This document shows positions 52,094-63,441 of a DNA stretch of 64,000 nucleotides, piece after piece. The notes beneath the pieces are model-generated. The model saw nothing but the letters and a program-made list of their open reading frames with translations, ran no database searches and was not told where the DNA came from. Numbering within the stretch: the first letter of the stretch is position 1; every line of letters begins with the position of its first letter. The position numbers were made by a program, and so were the translations under genes. Source of the DNA: Octopus sinensis (lineage: Eukaryota); NCBI RefSeq assembly GCF_006345805.1, contig NC_043004.1, positions 20,398,001-20,462,000 on the forward strand, given 5' to 3'.

Positions 52094-52497
52094 CATCATC
52101 AACCTACTAACAGGAATTATTGAGGCTGATTTCCTATGGCTAGATGTTAATCATGCCAGTAACTCCTACCTGTTTCCAAGTACTGCAACAGATTTGTAAG
52201 AGCATGCGTGACCATGTGGTAAGAAGTTTGCTTTTTAACCACGTATTTCTGTATTGAATTCTATGGCATGACACCTTGAGCAGGAACCTTCATAGTATCA
52301 GGTTCAAAGCCTCTGTGTGAGACCATTGGCGAATGTCTTTTAACCTTTCAAGCAACCATATGCATCTTCTGCCATTAGCTTATCTGCCATGTTGTCTGAA
52401 ATAAGTTGTTATGAAATAACCACATAAGAAAACATCCTAGGAATGTGTTGAGCATGAATACTAGATAGCTAAGTGGAGAGTAACATACATAATATAT

Positions 52498-52692
52498 ATT
52501 TCTTTATTGCCTACAGGGGGTTAAACGTAGAGGGGACAAACAAGGACAGACAAACAGATTAAGTCAATTATATCGACCCCAGTAATTGACTGGTACTTAT
52601 TTAATCGGAATTTGAACTCAGAACGTAACTGCAGATGAAATACCGCTAGGCATTTTGCCCGGCGTGCTAACGTTTCTGCCAGCTCGCCACCT
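52498..52692 (-). mobile_element. SINE-B, young, with internal deletion of the central domain
   Basis: Head and tail intact; TTAATCG joined directly to GAATTTGAACTC. Confidence 0.88.
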
Positions 52693-53630
52693 AAGCATAC
52701 ATAATATAGTGAACCTTACCCACACGAAAAATGTTTAAATTAATATTACACTGAATATTTTGACTAATTTTCTTTTATAAAATGTTGGTGGAGGGGGAGA
52801 TGATTACAGTGTAAACACTCATATTCTATTTAATAAAATTGATAGAAATGTAAAAAGGATTTTCCAGTTGATTTTCTTTACGACTGTGTGCCAGGTGTAT
52901 TTGATAGAATGCCCACTGTCGTAAAGATTACAGTCAGGAAATGTTTATAGATTTCCACTGAAATCATTTTATTTGAACCCAGAAAGATAAGCGTGAATCA
53001 AATAGAACAAACTGAGCATCAATAATTGTTTGGAAATAATCTCTGAGGTACTTTAGAATAAGTCAAAGTTTTAGCCAACAGTGTGTACAATTAAACTTAA
53101 TTAAACACACAGGAATACTGTAAATAGCTGTCTCATACACACACTGTCTTTGTGGAGAGAGAAGTGCAATGTATCTAACTGGTTTAAATCCTTTGGGGGA
53201 TCTTTTCAGGAACCAGATAACTGTCTGTAAATATTCACAGAAACATATTTATTACCCATTAGAACTGAGAACAGCTCTTAATTGAAGAATCTTATTTTCA
53301 TAAAAAAATGGTTTGTTGACAGCTTGTCCAATAAATAAAATATTAACAGCCTAAGCAATGTGTGTTTCAATGAATAGTAATTATCTCGTCATACACTATC
53401 AGTTTTTATCTGAACATAAAATTTGGAAATTTAATAAAAAATGTGGATTTGATTATTTTATAATGTTGTGAAATAAACTTCGTAATCACACTGTCATGTC
53501 TGTACTCAGATGTATAATAAATAATAATGAATATTTGCTTCTAAGATAGGCCTGGGCAATCTTCTAGACATTATCATTGACTGTCTCACCTCCAAGGATA
53601 TATAAGGCTGGTTACTGTTTCCAGAACATA

Positions 53631-53846
53631 CAACAAAGTGCGGAGAAGTTCCTGGCTTTAGGTGAAAGAAAATACAGGAGGATCACTTAATTTGATTTTA
53701 TTCACCATATTCCCCTCTCAGATTCATACACTTATTGCAATATTCCTCCAGTTTTTCTAAGCTCTGTAAAAGAACTCAGAAGGTTGGATCTCCAACAAGG
53801 CTTTTCACAATACCCTTAAAACCAGGAACTTTTCAGCACCCGCTCA
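53631..53846. mobile_element. Mariner-derived MITE, about 215 bp
   Basis: Inverted ends GTGCGGAGAAGTTCCTGGCTTTA / TAAAACCAGGAACTTTTCAGCAC; the interior on the minus strand encodes a mariner C-terminal remnant (LEKLEEYCNKCMNLRGEYGE*). Confidence 0.8.
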
Positions 53847-54589
53847 TTGTTACGATCAGGTTCCAGCCCAGCCTGTGGCAACAAAGTCTACCTTCCACAC
53901 TTCTCAGTCCATCGCCACTGCCTCAATGTCCTAGAAACATTGAAAGTCAGTGTCTGCAATCACATTGTCAGTCTAAGAGTGATGACACTTTTCTCTTCTT
54001 ACATCACCATGAAGGAGGTTCCACAAGACTAATTTGGATGCTTTCAGTTCAGGGTAGCACTCACTGTGACCAAATAGCCACAGCTGCCTTTGCCTTCATA
54101 AATGACTGAGATCATAAGATTTCCCTGAATGGGATGACAGTCCATCAAAAAGTTACTCAGTTACACCTGTGCAGACTGGAACAATGTAAAATGAAGTATT
54201 TTGCTCAGGAACACAATACACTGTTCAGTCAGGAAATTGAAACCACTATCTTACCATCATGAATGCAACATCTTAACTGCTAGGCCATATGTCTTTGCAT
54301 CTAATATAAGCACTAGGCCTCAAACTTGGAAAGGGTTAGCCAGCTAAATCAACCTTAGTACTTGATTGGAGTTTTATTTTATTGACCCTGGAAAATGTGA
54401 TGCAAAGTTAAGATTTCATTCAGGAAGTATCGAGCTGGCAGAAATGCTGAAATGTATTTTGTCCGACTCACTAAAGATTCTGTCAATCATCTTCTGAGTA
54501 TAACAGCGAATTTATGCACAAGGTCAACAATTTTGAGGGTAGAGGGTTTCTGCAGCGGAAGCATTAAGGTCCCACATTCCCTGATGAAG

Positions 54590-54900
54590 AGTATCAGCCT
54601 GCAAGATCCTGTATTGGTGCCATGTTAAAAGCACTTGTGCCAGTTCCATGTAAAAGCATTCGTGCCAGTTCCATGTAAAGGCACTTGTGTTGGTGCCACT
54701 TTAAAAGCATGCAGTACACACTCTGTAAAGTAGTTGGTGTTAGGGGCATTAGGAAGGGTAACCAGTCATATAAACCAAGCCAAATCAGACTGGAACCTGG
54801 TGCAGGTCACCAGTTTGCTATCTCTGGTCAATCTGTCCAACACATGCCTGCATGGAAAATGGACATTATAGGATGATGATGATGATGATAATAATAATGA
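54590..54900 (+). mobile_element. Degenerate RTE 3'-end copy with short tandem units
   Basis: Repeated GTGCCA.TTCCATGTAAAAGCA, then GGTTGGTGTTAGG...GCATGGAAAATGGAC..(GAT)n. Confidence 0.75.
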
Positions 54901-55806
54901 TGATCAGAATGATTATGATGATGATCATGATCATGATGATCATGATTGACCTCAGAACTTGATTTACTTGATCCCAAAGGGATGAAAGGCAGAATTGACC
55001 AGAAAGGGAACTGAATTCAGAATATAATGAACCAGAAGAAATACTGCAAGGTATTTTGTCCTAAGTTCTTGTGATTCTGCCAGTTCAATACTCCCATTTA
55101 GATAACTAATAAAAATGAGTTGAATCAATTACAAAATTAAAACTACTCAATCTTAAATTTATACATTGATTAACATACTGAGTTCATCACTTCTGTTATT
55201 GTTTAGCCACACGACAACTCTGATCCAGCACATTTATCATTAATGGTGTTCCATCCATGACTGTCATGTTCTATTCTCAGGTGTTGTGTATTTAGGGCCA
55301 ACTTATTCAATGTGTCTTCAATTTTCAAGTGGGTAGGTTGCCATTATAAGTTCCTTTGCCTGGTTTTTCTAACAGACAGAATGTCTACATAGAGATTTCG
55401 CTATTATTTCAGTTTAATAATTATGTATTTTAAATAAAGAATTTAAATGAATAAGTCGCTAATGTTGGTAAAATTCTCTCTGAAATATTACTGGTATCGA
55501 TTATAGTGTTCAAATGGGAAAAGCAGTGATTACTTTAGTATGATTTGAACACTTGTTTATAAATTTTATTCCAGTTTTGTTGAGCATCCATCACATTACC
55601 TTCATGCCTTCCAGTACAGACTTACATGCAACCAGGTACAGACATACATATATATTTCTAAAAGAGTGATGGATAAATAAATATTTCTGCATGAACACAC
55701 ACTCACACATGCATATATTGTATGTGTGAGAGTGTGTTTGTGTGTATGTATACATATCCATCATCATCATCTAACATCCATTTCCCATGATGGTATGGGT
55801 TAGACA

Positions 55807-55841
<35 letters not shown>

Positions 55842-56840
55842 GCATGTCAGTATGTATTAACAGTATAAATGTGTGATGAGAAAATTAATGTAATTGTGTA
55901 AAAACTTTCCAGCAAACAAAAATATATATTATTGACAGACAGCATAAAACAATATATATACATATGCATGTATATCTATGTATAAGCATGTAAGTATGTA
56001 TATATATATGTATGCATATATGTATATTCTTTGAAATCTATCTACAATAAGAAGGATTCATCATCATCTCTACAAAAAAATTATCTGCCTAGATTCTAAT
56101 CTACAGCTTCCCCAAAGATGAGCTAATTGAATTGCTGATATGTATAAGTAAGTTAATAATTACATCATGTTGGCATTATAATGAAATAATGGAAATATAA
56201 AGTTGTATTTCTTACCTCAATATGTGTAGGATTATTTTATTTGATTGAGTTATTTCTTGCTCAAAAGTTGTCAGTTTTTATAGAATACATTTATAGAATA
56301 TGATGTCTGTCTATTTTTAATCCACTTCTATATGAATTACCTAAAAGACGTAGTCCAGATATGTGCATATTTTATATTTTATATTTTGATATTTACATAC
56401 CGCTGTTTACATTTACTATAAACAAGACACTTTCTTATATAAAACTGCATCCAGACTACATGTAAATACACACATGTATGTGTGTTTGGGTGTGTATGTT
56501 TGTGTGTATCATCATCACTAACCTGCACCCACTGTCAATGCTGAAATGGGTTAGATGGGTCACCTGGTTCCAACCAGTTCTTATTTAGAGTTACTGCCCT
56601 CTTAGCTGGGTCAAGGACTAAGTCACACTTGTAATGATCTAGTTACAGCATTGTTTCTACCGTTGAAGGCCATTTCATAGTCTAGTATAAACATATCAGT
56701 AACATGAAACTCGAATCACACAATTGAATCTAGTTTCAATGAATAATATATATATATATATATATATTAGGGGGTGTAACTCGAAACTTACAGGGGAAAA
56801 TTCAATTTAGTATTAAATCAAATTTCACAATATAAATTTA

Positions 56841-57142
56841 TAAAATATAAATTAGAGATATAACCACTATTATGCACCTCAAACAGTGATAGACATAAAC
56901 CAAAACATAAATAACAAATAGAATATATTTTTATAAAACATATAACTAGATCTCAAAAAGCATAAAAATGAATAATCAATATATAATAAGTAATAAGTAA
57001 TATATTGATTAATCATTTTTATACCTTTTGAGATCTAGTTATATGTTTTATAAAAATATATTATATTTATTATTTATGTTTTGGTCTATGTTATCACTGT
57101 TTGAGTTGCATAATAGTGGTTATATCTCTAATTCATATTTTA
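56841..57142. repeat. Long fold-back inverted repeat (arms about 144 bp, 15-nt spacer)
   Basis: 56841-56984 is the reverse complement of 57000-57142 with few mismatches. Confidence 0.92.
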
Positions 57143-57157
57143 TATATATATATATAA

Positions 57158-57300
57158 AATCAAAATAAGCAACAAGGATATCCAGAGATAATGCAGTACG
57201 ATCTTTTCCTGCAACTCCATTTAATTGAACAATGCAATCCTTACATCAATTTAAAATGCAGACCGATCTTCAGCAGCAGAAAGACATAGAATTTAATTAA
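57158..57300 (-). mobile_element. PLE terminal repeat with degenerate HHR-like motif, paralogue of 9971-10110
   Basis: Identical 21-mer CAAAATAAGCAACAAGGATAT at 57161; minus strand CTGAAGA...GAAAAGATCGTA. Confidence 0.7.
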
Positions 57301-57767
57301 ATTAGAACAGATGGACACATTAGTATAATTATATCTAAAATCTCCAAGCAGTTAAGGAGATAGACAAAGAACATGCTGTCTCCACTCCAGAATAGAATTT
57401 ACTAAGTTATCAAGAAGATATACATGGTTACAGATTCTGCCTGTCACTGATTTTTTTGTTTTTATGGGGTCAGTTTTAATTTATAGACTAGTTTATCAAA
57501 TCCTTGTATATCTAAGGCTGAGAGAACAAAAGGCAGTATCTGAAGACAGGGGAAGCTTGTTTGCATGGGTGACTGCTGGTCTCCCATAAACAACTTTGCC
57601 AAGACTTGTGGCTTGGAGGGTAATTTTCTAGGTGCAATCCCATGATCATTCATGACCAAAAGGGATCTTTATCCTTTCAATATCTACTATAAAAACTTGA
57701 GAATAAGTGGTTACATATGAGTGTTTAACTGTGAAAGCTCTGAAATTGGGCATCCTCAAGAAAAGGG

Positions 57768-58759
57768 AATTTTGGGATCTTTTCATTTTGAAGGCCAGAT
57801 TTTCCTAGTTAACTAAACAATTTGAAACTTCGTATACTGGTAGAATGTGTCAAAAGAAAACATTATTGTAAGCAAAATTGTAATTCATAACTTAAACGTA
57901 GTTTAATTTTAAGAATTTTAACCAATGAAATCGCAGCATTCGAGCTCAATTATTTACCTCTTCTTCTGTCTTCTACATGTGCTAGAAATAACAGCTATAT
58001 CTCTTAAATCGATTAATTTCGTCGCCCAATAAAAATATTAATGATATTTTTTTTATATTTTCTTTATTTTTTTTTACCGAAAAGGCTTCTCCCATGGTTT
58101 TGAAGGGCCAGAAACAACAAAAACAAAACAATAATATGCCTAAATAGGTCTCGAGTTTGCGCGTGGAGTGTGAGTAGTATTGTAAAAATTTGCGAAATAT
58201 TTTTTCATAAAAGTATGCCCCCAGCTTGTCGGAAGCTGTGATATAAATTGGGAAAAAAATCCTCGACACCAGTGCGTAACTGGTACTTAATTTATCGACC
58301 CCGAAACGATGAAACATTGCCCCCCCCTTCTGGTTTATTTACCTTTTGTGCAAATTTGTTGCGGCAAGTGGCAAAACACGAACGTGTAATGTATGCTTGT
58401 GTGCATATGTGTGTGTATGTATATGTCCGTTTGTATGTGTGTGTACGCTTATATATTAATTACTATGTGCCTGTGCAAATGTGCGTGTGTGTGTGTGTGT
58501 GTGGTGCGTCTGCTATATTCCTTTTTCAATATCGATAACGTAGCAATGCTGGGATTTCATTGGTTAAAATTTGAAGATGTTGGGATTTCATTGGTTAAAA
58601 TTCGTAAAAATTAAACTACGTTTAAGTTACGAATAACAATTTTGTTTTCAATTTTGTTTACAAAAATGTTTTCTTTTGACACATTCTACCAATATACGAA
58701 GTTTCAAATTTTTAGTTAACTAGGAAAATCTGGCCTTCAAAATGAAAAGATCCGAATTT
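57768..58759. mobile_element. Fold-back-like structure: long inverted arms around a CpG-rich core
   Basis: 57768-57940 versus 58545-58759, reverse complement, about 90% by eye; right arm has internal duplications; no TSD seen. Confidence 0.65.
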
Positions 58760-59618
58760 TGTTTTAAAAACCTACATCCCAAAGAGAAGGTCATGTGAAA
58801 ACGATAATTAAAAAATATAATTTGTTATGACTCATAACAAATGAGAAACAGCTCAACCCTTAGATCAACAACTGTCCCACTCTCTATCAATCACCACCAG
58901 TCTATCTCTCTATATATATTTACCACACTCTTTTTTATTCTCTTTCTTTCTCTCTGTGTATATGCTATAACACATGCATTACTTACATTTTGTTTAAAAC
59001 CTCATCTTCTAATGTTGCTTTCAATTTATGGCAGCTATTACACTCAAATCATGTTTAATGAGCAGGTAAAAACGATCAAATTTTAAACTTCTGTAACATT
59101 TTTCTAAACTTTTTCTGGAATAAGTGAATCATAAACTTGGATTCATCATGAGAAAGTACAAAACTTCTTTTTTTTTTACCATAATGGTATCTCCCATTGA
59201 TTTTAAGTGTAAAAATAATTAAAAAAACATCAGACAAAATCAGCCCAGAAGAAGGATTCATAAATTTTCCAAAACTTTTTTTTTTTGTAAAAAGTGTCCC
59301 TGCATCATTTGGAAGGGTGTGGGGATCAGAATTTTTGAATAATTCCTGTCAAAATGGAAAAAATCCAACTTGTGTTGGTGTGCTATTTCAATAGTCCACC
59401 AATTTAAAAATAGTTCAGGCATTAAATGGGTATAATAGACTGGAATGTTATCCATCAATGGATAAAAGTATTTTTACAAATAATAGAATGACTGACTATG
59501 GTCAAATTATGAGACCAAATTATGGTTAATCATAATTATTATTGGGAATTATTAATTTGTATTGATCTTAGTTATAAAGTTTATCAGTGTAGGTTTAACA
59601 ATTAAGTGTAAAGTAAGG

Positions 59619-60820
59619 CATTTCATTTCATTTCCATTTCATTTGAGTCCATTCTCAGGCCAAGTCGAAGACTCCACCCTCAGAGTCTGGTGTGGTTGCC
59701 AGGTTGTATTCTCTGTTTAATTTTGACATGTGTAGGAGCAAGTTTGAGTCAGTTTGTGCTCGTTGTGTATATCCTGGGAGATGGAGTTCATCTCTAATGG
59801 TGCTTAAGTATCTATCCAGCTGCAATTTGAATGATTCCACACTGCATCCTGATAGATTTCTGACATGTACCGGAATGGAGTTGAATAGTTGTGCTCCTCG
59901 AACCAACAGACTTGACTCTCGCAGGGTTTTTGCTGCCTGGCCAGCCTTTTTGTTGTTTGGTGGTAGCTGGCAGCATCTTTCGTGGTGCAGTGAGTGGTAG
60001 GTTTTGATACCAAAGTTTGGCACCTTTTGCTCTATCATTTTCCAAATGTATATAATTCGATATCACTCAAATCTTCTTTCTATTGAGTACATCTTCAAGG
60101 TTTTGAGTCTTTGCCAATAGTCCAGGTCCCTCGTTTCTGAGAAGTATGAGGTAAAATTTCTTTGGAGCGATTCCATCTTAGATAGTTGGCCCTTTGTTGT
60201 TGGTGACCACAACTGAGAACAGTAGTCATTCCTCGGAAGTATCATACTGTTCCAGAGGGTTTTCATTGTTGAGGTATCTCTTGATTTGAAGGTGCGCAAG
60301 ATCCACCCGCTGTACTTTCTTGCAGTAAGACAGACTGAGTCAAGGTGTTCTCTGAATTTTAGGCTGGTTCCCATGTGGATGCCTAAATCTTTCACATACT
60401 GTTTTTCCATTATTTGTTGTCCTGATGGGTTTCTGTAGTTTGTTGTATTTTTCAGATCTTGATCTGTTCCGTAGCGAATTAGTTCAAACTTCTTATCATT
60501 GAACATGTTGTTTGTTTCCTGCCATTTATATATGCTGGTCAGGTCCTTTTGTAAGGCCTCTGTATCCACCTCGTCTTTGATTTGTCTCATGACCCTGGTG
60601 TCATCAGCAAAGGATGAGACGTTGCTGGTTGTATCTTCATCTATGTCAGAGATGAGGATGAGAAACAGGATTGGGCCGAGTACTGTACCCTGAGGAACAC
60701 TGCTGGTCACAGGTGATGGTGTTGAATGGGTTCCATTCACAGTGACTGTTTGAGTTCTATTTGTAAGGAACTCATGTATCCATGTACCAACTTTTCCTCC
60801 TACACCTAGCTTTCCTATAT
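59619..60820 (-). mobile_element. CR1-type LINE, 5'-truncated, young; RT C-terminal half nearly intact
   Basis: ORFs 60063-60833 and 59655-60038 are in one frame, split by a single TGA; VPQGTVLGPILF, SFADDT, KDLG, DYCSQLWSP, RGAQLFN; (GAAAT)n tail. Confidence 0.95.
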
Positions 60821-61264
60821 GCATAATTACCATATAGGAATGATTTGTATTTAAGGTGTTAGCATCAATGAATAATATGCTTTTTCACAAATAGCAGAAT
60901 AACTGAATATGGTCTAATACATTATCTATCATGAAGGTGAGAATTTATGGCTATCAATGTAGGGAATTATTCAAATATATTGATCAAGGATGTAGAATGT
61001 CTTGATATGGTCTACTATATTATCTATTACTAATGTAAGACCAAATTATAATTAATTTACTGAATTGTATAATAGTATTGATAGAATAGTTGTAATAATT
61101 AAGAGAAAGGTTTGGTATTGTTAGCATGCAGGAATAATTTATATCTAAGGTGTTGACATCTTACAATCAATTCATCACGCTAATTAAAAATATTTGATTT
61201 AATTTTTTTAGTATGGAACACCTCAGATACACAGAGCCTACACCAGCCACTGCCACCTTTCTAT

Positions 61265-61719
61265 ACTCTTTACTCTCTCTTTTACTTGTTTCAGTCATTT
61301 GACTGCAGCCATGCTGGAGCACTGTCTTTAGTCGAGCAAATCAACCCCGGGACTTATTCTTTGTAAGCCTAGTACTTATTCTATCGGTCTCTTTTGCCGA
61401 ATCACTAAGTTACAGGGGACATAAATACACCAGCATCAGTTGTCAAGCAATGCTAGGGGGACAAACACAGACACAAACACACACATACATACATATATAT
61501 ATATATATATACATATATACGATGGGCTTCTTTCAGTTTCCACTCACAAGGCTTCTTTCAGTTTCCACTCACAAGGCTTCTTTCAGTTTCCACTCACAAG
61601 GCTTTGGTCAGCCTGAGACTATAGCAGAAAACACTTGCCCAAGATACCACGCAGTGGGACTGAACCCAGAACCATGTGGCTGGTAAGCAATCTACTAACC
61701 ACACAGCCACTCCTGCACC
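61265..61719 (-). mobile_element. SINE-A with an internal 25-bp triplication
   Basis: GCTTCTTTCAGTTTCCACTCACAAG x3 at 61526-61600. Confidence 0.92.
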
Positions 61720-62394
61720 TAATTGTGCATTACATAAAATAGACCAAGCAGTTTTAAATTCAATACTACTATCAGTGAGAGAATGTACAAATTTAGCTTG
61801 AGATATACTATTAGCCCTTTCTTTATACCTAAATGTAGTTTTGTGACTATTCAAGTGAAGTTTGAATGAGAAAGAAGACAGACCAGTGTAAACATGCTCT
61901 TTACCAAGATGTTACATAGAGAAAGATTAGCCTGATTATTAATCAGTAAGTTGGGTTCAATTTTAATATCATTAATAGTACTATTATTGAACTGTGTCCA
62001 TCAATATGTTGATTATTTTCAGTAGATGTTGTATTGCAGTTATTTAGGTGGTTAGTTGTGGTATCAGATGGACGGCCAGTTGTTGTAGTATTCTAAGTTT
62101 CACAGTTTGATTTACTATGATTAAATCTTACTATATATTCAGCAATATTAGGCATGGCAGAGAATTTGTTGAACCATGTGTCTTGAAAATTTTGTGATTT
62201 GGGCCAGATTTAAGGAAGCACTTATCTAAAGCTTGAAAATGTTTTTGAGCTACATAAAAAGCAACATTTAGACTGAAGTGGGTGGGGGTTGAACCACAAA
62301 ATATTCCTCCACAAACTGTTTCTATTTTTAAGCATTTTCAGATTAGATGTAGTAGGGCCTATAGTAATTTGGTTAATATGGTTATTAATTGCAA

Positions 62395-62716
62395 TCATAT
62401 TTACAAAGTCAGAAAACAGCACAGCTCCCATGACTTCAGGAAACATTTTTTCACGCTGAGAGTTGCTGAAGCATGGAACAAACTGCCGGTATCAGTTGTT
62501 AGTTGTCGGAGCACTGCATCCTTCAAAACTTCCATGCTTTCTGAGATTCGCCAACACTACACCTGATTTTCTCCCCTCCATACACACAGGCATGTTTCTG
62601 ACTCATACATTGCTTGCTTTCCAGACATTTTTACATTACTGCATGTACTTTATATGCACTTTCTGACAAGTTGTGGTGCACCTGAGCACTGTATACAATA
62701 ATTTCATTATTATTAT
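62395..62716 (+). mobile_element. CR1-type LINE 3' end (third subfamily)
   Basis: HDFRKHFFTLRVAEAWNKLP..VV.....SFK (CR1 motif FFxxRVVxxWNxLP); 3'UTR ends in (ATT)n. Confidence 0.88.
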
Positions 62717-63013
62717 ATCACCTAATTTAATCACAGGGTTACTCATTTACTTATTGCTGTTGTTGCTGTTTTTATCTGGTGATCTGATGAGCTAGCTTTT
62801 TATTATCTGTATTGTTATGTGAATATACAATTGTATTTTTGTAATGTGTAGCATGTATATTAGTGCAGACATGTAAACACAATTTGTTCTACACTGAAAT
62901 CATAACATGAAGAAATGTGAAACAGCCAAAATCCTAAGGATAACAAGAGGTTAAATATATTCACCTCTCGTACCACTTGACTTTTTATGATTAGCTTATA
63001 TATATGTATATAT

Positions 63014-63441
63014 AGGTGCAGGCATGGCTATGTGGTGAGAGGTTTGTTTCCCAATCACATGGTTCCAGTTTCAGTTCCAATGTGTGGCAGCTTGAGCAAG
63101 TGTCTTCTACTATAGCCTTGGGTTGACCAAAGCTTTGTCAGTGGATTTGGTAGACAGTAAGTGAAAGAAGGCCATCACATACATATATATATATATATCA
63201 TAGAATATATGTCTCTGTGTTGGTGCTTGCTTGTCCTTCACTACTGCTTGACAATTCGTGTTGGTGTGTTTACATCCCTGTAACTTAGCAGTTTGGCAAA
63301 AGAGACCAATAGAATAAGTACCAGGCTTTAAAAAATCTTAGTACTGAGATCGATACATTCAATTAAAAACTTCTACAAAATAATTTTTCAAGGTGGCACC
63401 CCAGCATGGCTGCAGTCTGATGGCTGAAACAAGATAAAAGA
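63014..63441 (+). mobile_element. SINE-A, variant subfamily
   Basis: Same head and CORE-like segment; tail GGTGGCACCCCAGCATGGCTGCAGTCTGATGGCTGAAACAAGATAAAAG. Confidence 0.88.

Noticed and set aside
59460-61200. Nuclear mitochondrial insertion (NUMT) hypothesis for the AT-rich CR1 flanks
   Set aside because: No mitochondrial protein, rRNA or tRNA motif was recognised, and TAA/TAG stops remain under the invertebrate mitochondrial code
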